Assembly: GCF_036321535.1 (NCBI RefSeq)
Contig: NC_087436.1
Coordinates: forward strand, 49,974,001 to 50,038,000
Origin: Camelus dromedarius
Taxonomy: Eukaryota
DNA length: 64,000 nt
Reading direction: 5' to 3'
This document shows, piece after piece, positions 1 to 11,745 of this stretch; position 1 is the stretch's first letter; the number at the start of each line of letters is the position of its first letter. A program made the translations under genes and the position numbers. The notes under the pieces were generated by a model. That model searched no databases and was not told the DNA's origin. It saw only the letters and a program-made list of their open reading frames with translations.

Positions 1-39
1 GACATGATATGACAGAACAAGACCAAAGGACAGAGTGTT

Positions 40-270
40 TCTGGAAGAACAGGTCTCAGATACATTTGAGAGGATAATAAGATGAGTTAAAAACATGAGA
101 TTTGGCAGAACGGAGGTAAGTAGGAATCTTGGCAAAGTCTCAGTGAAGTGGGGCCAGTGAAAACCCAATTGAAGTGAGCTGCAGTTAGACTGAGAAACCA
201 GGAAGTGTAGACAGTGATTTCATGGTAAACATTTTATAAAGTTTGCTGTAAAGGGAAACATCAGAAAGGA
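40..270 (-). mobile_element. Degenerate L2 LINE fragment
   Basis: Purine-rich L2 antisense-type text (gagaggataataagatgag...gaagtgtagacag...aagtttgctgtaaaggga). Confidence 0.55.
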
Positions 271-1750
271 GTAGAAACTATAGTTAGATGTTTTCCTTGT
301 CAACAAAAGAACTCTCCAATAACACAAAGTGCACACTTTACGTATTACTTTTCTTTCTGCCCCCTTATCCTGAAACACAGTCCTTAACTACCGTCCACTT
401 CAAGTACATTTATTCACTATTGTCATTTATTTACCTACTCATTAATTCCCAATAAATGTTTGTTGAAGACCTACAAAGTAGAAGACACTGAGATGCCATG
501 TGGAGAGGGGTCAGATCTGTAAGTTTAGATTTGTTATAAGTATAAATAAGACCTACTAGATATAAAAGATGTAGATGGCATCTGGCATCTAAGAATTATT
601 CTAATTTAGTAGTTTCTCTTAGATTGCAATTCTTCATATATTAAAAAAAATTAATTGCCCTGAACCATTGTCAGGAAGCATTAATGGCACTATTCAAAAT
701 TACCCAATGGTCTTTAAAGCTATTTCCTTTTAATGGACTACTATATCACTTTTTAACCCATATTTTGTATTTTCATATCTCAGTGCTGTATCTTTTCCTT
801 AAAAACACTTTTTTTTTTTTGGTGTCAGTTCCATTCATAGAAATAGAAGCCACAGAAATTTAAAGCCTTGGTCAATATTTTACTACTTTCAGAAGTCTTC
901 TGTAAAGTCGACTATCCAGCCAGAAGGAATTTCTTCACTTTGAATTATTTTGTCAGTTCTAGTTATGTTTGGGTGTATGGGTTTATCATATTGCTTTACC
1001 TTGCCTGCAGGAGAGGGTCTCATGCCTTACTCTTCACTGTGTTCTCAAAAATATCTTTTCAGAGTGCTTAAACTTAGTAACTTTTAATGAATATACGTTG
1101 AATAGATATTCTGCAGTGCTTCATGAAATAATTAGGGAACAACAGCACAAAACTGAGCTCTTGACGTGCTAAAATGACTGATTCAGCCCATATTCTAGCT
1201 GCTGTATTTACTAGTGGTTACAAACAAACAAATCCCTCCAAATCTAACTTAATGAAACAAGATCCTACAAATTCTCTAAGGCATTTATTATTGATGTGTT
1301 ATTCTTTGAATGCTATCTGCTTCTCTTTGGCATTCATTTGATAGAAGAAATAGTGAGTTCATTTTGTAGTGAATTCAGATAGTTCCATTCAAACAGGCCT
1401 TTTGTTAACCTCATTACAGTCAAATGACATTACAGGTACTGAATGCTGAACTTTGAGAACTTACATTAAATAGGAAAATGCTTAGTCAGCAAGGTCTTTT
1501 ATCAGCAATTGATTATTTTAGGCATTGAAATATGAAAGTTACACTTACAGTTAGGGAAAAAACATAGTTCCCCTTCCAAAAAATGCTTTAAATTGAAATA
1601 ATTCTGTATTTCATTTTGGAGGAAATTGTAAAAGATCAGACTTTTTTCCCACAGGAGTTTTAGTACTTCCAAGTTTGGGTTTAAGTTATAAATATCTCAG
1701 AAACTGCCTTACTCATGGTGTTTCAAATTATTCCCAGTTGTACCTCTTAC

Positions 1751-1811
1751 CGAAACAAAGATGCATGACTGTACCCGTGTATAGTGAAGGGGGGGGAATC
1801 TCTCCAACTCT
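1751..1811 (-). other. Candidate 61-nt exon
   Basis: Acceptor ccttttcag| and donor TCG|gtaaga; all three frames are open (phase 0 reads RVGEIPPPSLYTGTVMHLCF). No recognised homology. Confidence 0.25.
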
Positions 1812-3514
1812 CTGAAAAGGTTATATCTAGTTCAAATTTGGATCTGGCCTTTCTGTGAGCTAAACCAGGTTTTGGATAATTACAAAAAGAAAAGGATTTG
1901 ATGCTATCCTTGCCTGGTGTGTGCATTTGATTTTATCTGAAATTGATCTCGTAGGTTATGGACTTTTTGGGGGTATCTATCCAAATACACAAAAGCATCA
2001 TCACGACAAATAGTACACTTCCCTCTATTTTTGTGTCTATCAAAGCTTTCAAACTACATTTGCGACGTTTTATTAAAATAAAATTTTTCTTGGCTTACTG
2101 TCACATAAGATTAAATCCTAATAAATAGTATTTCACATTTTAAAATCCTTGAGACATATGGTATATTCAAATGTATTGTATATTGCACACTAAATTAACA
2201 AAAGCAGGAAGTCACATAAGAGGATGGCAAAAGTTAAATAACGAGAGTCACAAGAAAAAAGGAGAGAAATAAAGAATTTCCAAATATTCTTTGAATGAAG
2301 AATCAATTCATTGTAAAGGATCAGAATTCCATAGCAAATAGGCAACATTTTTTTTTTTTAGCCTGAGCTCCACAAGTACTATCTCTGGGCTTTTGGTAAT
2401 AAATCAAATGGAATCAGCCAAGGAAAATTCATCTGCTTTATAAGCAGGTTTATAGACAGTGTTAGCCAGATGTCAGAGAAAAATAAGACAGTTTTTATTT
2501 TATCTTTAAGCATTAGGAAATCAAATTTTAAATATTCAGGCTTTTTATAAAGTCTCAACCTCCCATTTGTATAACTATTTGCTATTTCATTTCCTTGATT
2601 TACAAAATGAAAAAATATTTGTTTCCTCCTCATGACTCCTAAAGTTGTAACAAATAACTTCAAATGTACATGAAAATTATACATCTTGGGATGAGGAACA
2701 GAAATTGAAGTTTTTTCTCTTTAAGCCCAGGCTGAGAGATGTCAGAATGTGTTAGCTGCATTCTATCCTGCTGGTGATTATACAGCAATTAGCAGTTGGC
2801 TCATTCCCAATTCCACACAAACAACGATTTAAGAAGCTAAGGTATTATGGAAGAAACTTGAGAAGTGGGATGATTTTAAAGGCACAGAACAAGCTAGGTA
2901 GCCCAAAGAGAAATTGTGTGTGTCTAACATACAGATTGGTCTGCTCCAATGTCTGGCACTTTCCTCCAGCAGTTATTCGGACATGCTTCACCAGAGATGG
3001 GGAGTGAAAACCTAACAGTTGAGAGTTCAGCTAAGCTCCTCCATGGTGCTGGTGTCTTGGGCGGCCTGTGGAGACCTTAAACTGACGCTAGCCCCACAAG
3101 CAAGCCCTAGCTAGTAGCCCACAGGGTCACAGGCAACGGGAAGTTCCTGTTAGAACTCCCCCAGCGTTCCTGGTGATCAAGTCTCCCCTACCTCTAGGGC
3201 CTTCCCCTTATTTGCCTTTTAGGTAAGACCTCTGTGGAACTCTTTTGTTTTGAACTGACCAATTTGACCTTAGCCCAAGAACCCCAAAGTACTCCACCTA
3301 CGGAGTTTAGTAAAAGCATGTGCCCGGCCCTGTTCTCCCTGCCTGCACTCTGCCCTGGCCCCTCCGTGGACCCATGCCGGGGACTTCCTCCAGGCCCTGT
3401 AAGTAGCAAACTTCTCCATCTCAGTTCCTCCTGTGGTTGGGGGTTGAACCCCTGCTCCCTCAGCCATCAGGCACCCTGCACTCCATTTCACAGTTGTGAA
3501 TTTGACAGGTTCTT

Positions 3515-3820
3515 AACAATAATGCTAAGTGAAAGAAGCAAGTCACAAAAGAACACATACGGTATGGTCCCATTTATATGAAATGTCCAGAATAGGCAAA
3601 TCCACACCAACAGAAAGTAGATTAGTAGTTGCCAGCGGGGAATGGGAAATGCCTGTTAATGAGTATGGGACTTCTTCTGGGGAAGATGAAAATGTTCTAA
3701 AACTAGATAGCGGTGATGGTCGTACAACTCTGTGAATATACTGACAACAAAACAACTGAATCGTACTCTTAAAAGAGGGTTAGTATATGATACGTACATT
3801 TTAGTTCAATAAATGTGTTA
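3515..3820 (+). mobile_element. Old L1 (L1MB-like) 3' end
   Basis: atgctaagtgaaagaagcaagtcacaaaag...ataggcaaatcc...gatgaaaatgttctaaaactagat...caataaa. Confidence 0.85.
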
Positions 3821-3939
3821 TACAGATCAGCATGGCAAAGCCTTGGGTAAGCAGGCAATGATCTTTACTATTGTCTTTAATTGGTCAACTAAACTATACC
3901 TAGTTAATGCTATTTTTATTTTTTAAATTGTCTAATTTC

Positions 3940-4150
3940 ATACAGTGTTTTACAGAATATGTAGCACATTTTATATACATTATTTTTCTTAAATCCACAA
4001 TAACCCTTTTACTGAATTAATTATTCTCATTTAAGGTAAGAGCTCTTTAAGACTTAGAGAAATCGAGTGACTTGTCCAGTGTTAACAGATCTAGTGGGCT
4101 ACACGTTTAGGATACTTCTCAGGTCCAGTCTCATGGTCTTCCCTTACATT
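3940..4150 (-). mobile_element. MIR SINE
   Basis: MIR core-like attctcattt...agagaaatcgagtgacttgtccagtgttaacagatctagt. Confidence 0.6.
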
Positions 4151-4559
4151 ACAGAGGACTCCTTGAAGATTTACTGAGAGCAACACACAGATGGGGAAAT
4201 AAAAAGAGTCAAGATTTCAGGCATCACTGCTCTCTCTAGAGAAACTGCAGATGGTGCAGAAGAAGAAGTCAGTAGCAATTTCTTATTTGATTTTTGTGTT
4301 CCTAGCACTAATGTAAAAGAAGCCACTGATTATGAGGTTATGATTAGACAGGGAATGCTGTTTTACTGGAACACTGAGAATAGAAATCATTCCATAAGAT
4401 TAAAAAAAATAATAAGAATATAGAAATGCTTGGGAAGAAACAGAGAAAAACTTTTCTAGAAAATTTATTATTATTAGAGATATGAAAAAATTATTTGTAA
4501 TCATTAAATACCCTTATATGTCTTTATAAGGGCCACTTGACTAGTTGTGGCAAAGGAAA

Positions 4560-5950
4560 AGTGAACAAAAGTGACTAATAGATGGATTTAACAAGAAAGT
4601 CACTTGTACATGGAGAAAGTGAAAAGCCCACGTACCTCACTCATCTCACTCTTTCTCTGCTGTGGTGACTTCAGAGCCGTCATACTCCAGACTGCATAAC
4701 CCTAAGATGGACTCACATAAAGACTCACATTAGATCATGATGTAAAAAAGAGAAAAAAGATCTTTTTTATTTTAAGCTACCAAAATTTTACAGTTTATTT
4801 GTTCTTGCAGTGCAGCCTATCCTATCCTTGCTAACTTAAAGTCTGCCCTATTTCTTTTTTTTTTTTTTTTTTAAGTGCATGGCATTGATGTAGCAATTGG
4901 CATGGCCGAGGAGAAACCAATTAGAAGCTGAAAAACTAGTGGTCCATATTACACCCAGGTCCAACAATAAAACAGTTGTCTGATGAAATGTGGATAGCAG
5001 ACTGCTTTAAGTGTTGACTACTATTTGCTGAGCTTGGCAAAGTATTAAAAATAAAGGAACATCATTAAGAAAGAATTACAAGTTGTAAGCAGACAAAGAA
5101 AGAAGCAGAGAGTCATTCAAACTCAGAAGCTTGACCAACTGGAAAGTATTTTTTTAATGGGATAAAAGAGCATTTAATCAATAAAGGTTCAATAGGCTTT
5201 CTCAGCAGATGCAGAACAAGGATCCAATCTTTCCTTTCAAGGGTGTAGTCTTGTATTTCAAGCCTGATAACCTCCAGGCAGCCATCATTAAGGAGGTGGG
5301 GGATAGGAGGATGAGAAAGTAAAAGGAAGCAAAGAAAGCAGATCTGAAACAGATGTCTTGAAATCAACTTGGGGTATGGATATTGACACATTGAACTGAC
5401 TGGAAGAAAAATAGTTCCAAAACCAAATGTCTGAAGAAAATGAATTTGAGTTTTTCAAACTTAAAGATATAATCTTTTCAAGCTGAAATTAGAAAATTGT
5501 CTATCCTCCAAACTCTCACTTCTGGATAAAGTCAAGTAAGATAATGGAAAGGGAAAAAAACTTTCCAGAAGAGAATCTAGGAGCTTAGGAAAACTACGGA
5601 CAAAAGTGTACCTAGAGAGCAGAATTATGGATTAATAAGACATCTTGCCTACTGCCGGGGTCAGAGCCTTCACAGTGTTTGCTGTATGTCTGCCATCTTG
5701 TTTCCTGATGCAGTTTTATCATGGTCGTGTCTGTGCTCTACTTTTTCTCTTCTGAATGTGTTTGGAAGAACACATCACTTGTCTTTTTAGTTCATATGAC
5801 ACAATACAAATAGGAAATGCATTTGGACTTACTGTGGAGGGCCATGTAGATAAGCTTCCTCAATTTGCATGATAAGGAAGTATAGGGGAGTGGGCATTGG
5901 GAGACAAGGTGTGGTGTCATCCTATTGTGTGACCAGTGAATATGCTCCTG
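4560..5950 (+). mobile_element. MaLR (MLT1-like) LTR plus internal remnant
   Basis: LTR end tttaagctaccaaaatttt...tttgttcttgcagtgcagcctatcctatcct (~4770-4840), followed by degenerate MLT-int-like sequence. Confidence 0.5.
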
Positions 5951-6929
5951 GTAGAAATACCCAAGAAGGTCACTTATTTGCCATGTCATATTGAATTGAA
6001 CATAAGCAAGAGTAACAAGGAGTTAGGTCTATATCCTGCTAATTTAGCCTGGCAAATATTTATATATGCTGTTCTATATTTTTTTAATTAAGGTAGAATA
6101 TGGGCATATGGAAAACTCCAAAATAGTACAAAAAGGCTTATTTTTTTTTTCTCTATCAGCTATCTTTAGATTACATGTATTATTTTTATCTGCTCAACAT
6201 TCTTTATCTTCTGGTAGCAGACCTCTCCTCCATGGTCATATCTGTGGGCATATCACGCAAACAAAAGCAAACATAGAACTTTAAATTCTTTGGTCAAATG
6301 ACTATTCTAGGGGCTGAGCACATGGTCCTAAACTTTACATTTGTATCACTTTAGCCAGTGGCCATAAATTCATGAGGGAGTAAACCCAGACCTTTAGATG
6401 ACAATTTTACACTACCTGGTGGATAAAGTTGATTTGATATAATTATGTTAATATACAAGAAAATTTCAGATTTTTTAAAAAGACAGACAGAAGAAATTCT
6501 GGGTTCATTTGAATCTCTCTGATTTCAAACATCCCCAGACCAACACCGCATTTGCCTTTTCTACTGACAGATTTATACATTAATGGGAGTGACACTCCTT
6601 TCATTTAACCATTTGGCTTAGATTTTTGTCACTATAATTCAAATAGTCTTCTAATTAACTTACTTGTAGCCATACTTATAAGTGGTAAATGGTCATAATA
6701 TTTCCTTGTGTATTGTTTCAGAAATATTCCACCCATACATACACTTGCTTATCTAGATACAGCATACTCTACATACTGCTACTGTGCAAGTTAATTTTCA
6801 CTTGAGAGTAAATCATCCTTCCATTAGACTTGTAATTGTTTATTTCATAATTTCATGTGGTGCCAGCCAAATTGGATTTACTGCAGTGGTAAAAATAGAA
6901 AAATCCATTCTATTCAGGGAACTTATATT

Positions 6930-8240
6930 TAGACCTGTGATCCATTTTTGAGTTACTTTTTGTGTAGGGTGTAATGAAAGGGTCTAAATTAATTCTTTCA
7001 CATGTGGCTATCTGTTTTTCCCAGTACCATTTGTTGAAAAGACTATTCTTTCCCCATTGAATTGTCTTGGAACTCTTGTTAAAAATCATTTGACCTTAAA
7101 TGTAACGGTTTATTTCTATAACTCTAAACTCAATTCTATTCCACTGAATCGTATGTCCTTATGCTAGTACTACACTGTCTTGCTTACTTTAGCTTTGTGT
7201 TGAGTTTTGAAATTGAGAAGTGTGCCTCCTTCAACTTTTTAAAGATCTTTGCTGTCACTACACAGCCATATGAATTTTACAATCAGCTTGTCAATTTCTG
7301 CAAAAACCCATCTGGGAATTTGAAAGTGATTGCATTTGATCTGTAGCTAAGTTTAGGGAATATTACCACCTAAAAAGCTGTAAGTCTTCCAACTCATGAA
7401 CATGGGATAACTTTCCATTTATTTACATCTTCTTTAATTATTTTCAATAATATTTTATAGTTTCAGAGTACAAGTTTTGCATTTCTTTTGTTAAACTTAT
7501 TACTAAGTTTTATTATTTTTATGCTGTTGTAAGTGAAATTGTTTCCTGAATTTCATTTTGAGGCTATCAATTCCTGGTGTATGGAAATACATTTGATTTT
7601 TATATATTGATCTGATACCCTGAAATATTGCTGCGCTTGTTTATTCATTCTAATTCCTAATTTTTTGTGTGTGTGTGAATCCCTTAGAGTTTTCTTTGTT
7701 GTATAAAATCATGTTATCTAAAATATAGATAGTTTTACTATTTCCTTTCCAATTTGAATACCTTCTCTCTTTTTTCCTTCCTTCCATCCTTCCTTCCTTC
7801 CCTCTTTCCTTTCTTCTTGTCTTTCTCTCTTTCTTTCTATCTGAACCTTCCTGGAACCTTCAGTGTTGAACAGAAGTGGGTAGAATGGACATTCTTGCCT
7901 TACTCCTGATTTTAAGGGAATAATATTCAGTCTTTCATTCTTAAGTGTGATAGCTGTTTTTTTGTTTTGTTTTATTTTTGCTTTTTTATTAGATGCCATT
8001 TATTAGATTGAGGAGGTTCCCTTCTAGCCCTACTGTGTTGAATATTTTTAATAAAACAGGATGTTATATTTTTAAATTCTATTTTGTATCTATTGAAATG
8101 ATGATGTATTATGATATCTTTTATTCTGTGCATAAGGTATATTATAATAATTGATTTGCAACCTGGAAATCCTGGGATAAATCTTAATTGATCATGCTAT
8201 ATAATCCTTTTTATATGTTGTGTATTTGGTTTGCTAGTTT
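6930..8240 (-). mobile_element. Old L1 ORF2 fragment
   Basis: ORF 7718..7999 gives LKSGVRQECPFYPLLFN and GIQIGKEIVKLSIF; also cccagtaccatttgttgaaaagactattctttcccc. Confidence 0.9.
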
Positions 8241-9334
8241 TTTGTTGTTTCCTTTTGCCTGTTTTCAATACACAATTTAAAATGTATCTTTGTTTTGTGT
8301 ATTTCTTTGTATCTCTTGCTCATATGCTATGCTCATTCTAAATTGAAATTTTTTCTTAGATAATTTTAAGATATCTCTGAATATTATAGCCATTATAATT
8401 GCATCTACCATATCTGCACCAAATTATTTTCCCCTAATACACGGGTATACATACATAAGTCTTTTTTGTCATAAAAGTTAGTGCATATATATGTATATGT
8501 ATGTATATATGTGTACACATATACAATTTATTAATCTTTTTGGTTCTTACTGAAACAATGTTTCCTCTCAGACATTATATTTTTAAAACAAATGTCCTTT
8601 CTTTTAGCACCTTCATCCTTTTATTTTTTACATTTAAATTTCTGACCAGTTCCAATTTGAAAACGGGGGTGGAGCTGAGAACTGAAGTAAGGATCCAGCT
8701 TCACTTGTTTTTCCTAATTGACTACCAGTTTACCCAAGCTAAAATTCATTTTGTTTCCAACTCTATTTTCAGAGCCTAAATCAATGCATGTCACACAGCA
8801 GGCTCGCAATAGAGATTTGTTAAATTGGTAAAGGAAAACAGATTATTGTATTTTGTATTAGACGAAACTTTACATACTAACTTAATAAAACAACAGTACT
8901 AAAAATATGTGAAAAAACTTAGCAAATGCTTTGACAGTCACTAAATTTCAGAATAAAGTAGCTATATAATGTCTGTGTATGTGTATGTGTGAGAGTTATT
9001 TTTATTGATTTTTAAAATTTTTATTAATTTTTGATAGTTTTTATTGAAATGTATCACAAATACATGGTGACATTTTCAAGCATGTGTTACAGAATATAAG
9101 TGATCAATATATTAAAAAGCTAAGACTAAACAAACTACAAGAAAACATTTAATGTATTTTAGTGAAATACATATAAAACATGGGTTGTAACAAAACTTCA
9201 GAATAAAAAGATGTAAAAAGTTATTAGAAAGCTTTTTTACCCAAAAAGTAGATTTTTAAAACAGAGTTTGAATAGGAAATCAAAAGAGGCTCTGACAAGA
9301 AAGCAACATGGCTTCAAACTGCAAAAATTAAGGC

Positions 9335-9445
9335 ATATTTTGGAATACAAATAAGAGGGTCTTGAAGATGATTAAAGGATTAGACATCAGGACCTAAGAG
9401 GAATAGCTTACATAATGGTAGGTCTTGAAATGAGAGGGAAAGCAT
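9335..9445 (+). mobile_element. CR1/L3 ORF2 C-terminal fragment
   Basis: ttggaatac...aagatgattaaaggattaga translates to KMIKGL, the same motif as in the 36.6 kb CR1 copy. Confidence 0.5.
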
Positions 9446-9623
9446 TCCCAGCCTTCTTCCTCAAAGGGCCTTTTATTTCATCCCCATCTGAGTGGTTTGA
9501 AAAATTTTGTAGAATGCTCTCTTTTCTCTATATTTAATTTCCTTTGTTTTCTCAGCTTCCTGGTATCTTTAGGGTTAGACTGACATAAGATATTTTAATG
9601 GTTATATATATATGTATAACTTT

Positions 9624-9865
9624 CAGTTGACCCTTTAACAACACAAGTTGAACTGCATGGGTCCACTTACACGTGGATTTTTTCAATAGTAAATACCACA
9701 GCACTCCATGATGTGCGGTTGGCTGTACCTGGAAATGCAGCACTGCAGATGTGGAGGAACTTTGGAGGAGCCGAGTACATGAAGGGCCAACTATAAGTTA
9801 CACATGGATTTTCAATTGTTTGAGGGGTGGCACTCTCAAACCCTGAGTTCTTCAGGGGTCAACTG
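9624..9865. mobile_element. Tigger-family MITE (MER8-like), 242 bp
   Basis: Terminal inverted repeats CAGTTGACCC...GGGTCAACTG, with TA on the right flank. Confidence 0.85.
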
Positions 9866-10379
9866 TATATACATTTTTTTTTAATGACGCTTTTTCTTTG
9901 GGGATTGAAGATGTGGGAGGAGTGAATTAATACTAGGGCCAAGTTAGAAATTAACTGGTCTTAGTTAAACCTATCTCTTTAATACATCAAAATACAATGA
10001 AACCAGTAACAGAAAATGAATATAATCCCTTCAGATAACCTTTCATGGAATAAAGCTGGGGGCTCTCTGGCCATTTACAATCTGTGAACGTAGCAGCCCT
10101 AGTTTTAAATAATTCAGTGGTCACCTAAATCATGCTTGTTTTGGAGTGTTTATGTAAAATTTAGGTCATTCAAACTTGAATAATCTTTATAAAGTCAACT
10201 GCTTGATTATTTGTCAGGCATTACTAGCTATGACATCCAATTTTTTTTTTTTTTTGCTTTATATGTTTATAATTGCTTTCAAGTTCAGATAAAACTGAAA
10301 TAAGAATGGAAAAAGAAAATACTGGTTCTCTTTCATTGTTCTCTCTAGTTGATCTACTGTGGTGGTTTACGATCCCTGG

Positions 10380-10570
10380 ATTTCAGAGCCATGGGCTTGG
10401 AAGTTTTACGCTTGCCCCTAGCTGGGTGATTTGGACAGGCGAGTTAGTCAACCTGTGTCTCATACAATTCCACTAGCTATGGCACAGGATTGCTATGAAA
10501 ATAAAACATGTTAATATTTTTAATGCACTTCAAATGGTATCTGAGACATAGCAAGCACATAATAAATAAC
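10380..10570 (+). mobile_element. MIR SINE
   Basis: ctagctgggtgatttggacag..gagttagtcaacctgtgtctc...acatagcaagcacataataaat. Confidence 0.6.
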
Positions 10571-10744
10571 CCCTCTGTTTGTATGGAACTCTTTAGGAAA
10601 TAACCAATGAACTGCTTGCAAGCCATGGAACAGCATTTCCTAGAATTAATGGGGAAAAAAGTTGGTGCTTTGGGTGAACAGGTGGTGTCGTCAATCATCA
10701 CATTAAAAAAAAAAAAATAAAACCAAACAATGTGAAAAAATTAC

Positions 10745-10825
10745 CTCTGATCCCTCAAACAAGAGCACCAGTACAATCACATATATGAAAACCTCAGAAA
10801 CATCTCCCATATCAAACAGATACAT
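10745..10825 (-). other. Candidate first coding exon with signal-peptide-like sequence
   Basis: In-frame ATGs at 10825 and 10810 (gatATGg, strong Kozak) give (MYLFD)MGDVSEVFIYVIVLVLLFEGSE, ending at donor GAG|gtaatt. The upstream acceptor is weak and no homology is recognised. Confidence 0.25.
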
Positions 10826-11429
10826 GTTTACCTTGCAAAGTTTAAATAAACTGTATATTATTTAAGAGGATTTACATATTAATACCCCAGTTTCTTTTGC
10901 ACTCATAAGTCTAAATTTACAACTTTTTTTCCTTCCTTTTCTCAAAATGGAGTTCATTTGGTCATTTAATAAATGGAAATTTTTAAAGGTCTCCTGTCTT
11001 TTTTCTCTATTTTAGAATACCGGTTTGTTTTAATTTTCTAAGCATTCCACGTAATCTATGATATTCTCTCTCTCTCTCTCTTTGTCTTTCTAATTCACCC
11101 TCTTGCCCCCTTCCAATTTTTTTCCCCACTTCTTTGGACATTTCTTCTTGTAAGAATTTAAACAAGTCAATCTGTTTTCTGAAGCCTTTCTAAATGTTGT
11201 CATTTTAACATTTTCCAGCGACAAAGGCAGAGTGCTCTGTTCTAGTCCGCACCATGAAAGGAAGGATTTGTACTAACCACTTTATTCTTCTGACAGGAAT
11301 TTTAACAATTTTAAACCAAATAAATGGCTTAGCTACTCTTTTCTGTATCCACTCAAAGCCACGGCCATATTTCCCATTTTCAATGCTATGCACCCCTTCA
11401 CAAACCCTTCTTGTACTGAGATTTAAATA

Positions 11430-11694
11430 TCCCGTGCGCCGTGAGATCCCAGTGGATTAGGGGAACTTTTGAGCTATCGAGGGCAGACATTCGCACAGCC
11501 TCAGGCTGAAGCTTAGGAGGGTGAATGTATATTTCCTCCAGTGGAGACTAAGGCCTCCTGAGAAGCTAAGCAATTCCGGCTGTCCCCCAGACGGCGGGAT
11601 GCTCCTCACCGCGGAAAGCAGTCAGCGCTTCGCAGGGTCCAAGTAGAGATCCTCACTGAGTAACAGCCGCGCTACTTGCTATACTCCTGCGCAC

Positions 11695-11744
<50 letters not shown>

Positions 11745-11745
11745 A
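11430..11745 (-). promoter_or_regulatory. Promoter-like CpG patch with NRF1-like site and candidate non-coding first-exon donor
   Basis: Local CpG/GC enrichment in unique AT-rich DNA, TGCGCACGCG at 11688-11697, and a minus-strand donor CCGCG|gtgagg near 11609. Confidence 0.45.
11697..11742. repeat. (GT)23 microsatellite
   Basis: Perfect GT repeat read directly from the sequence. Confidence 0.98.

Noticed and set aside
9407..9570. Minus-strand exon ending at a gtaagc donor
   Set aside because: Stops occur in all three frames and the donor lies within a + strand CR1/L3 remnant.
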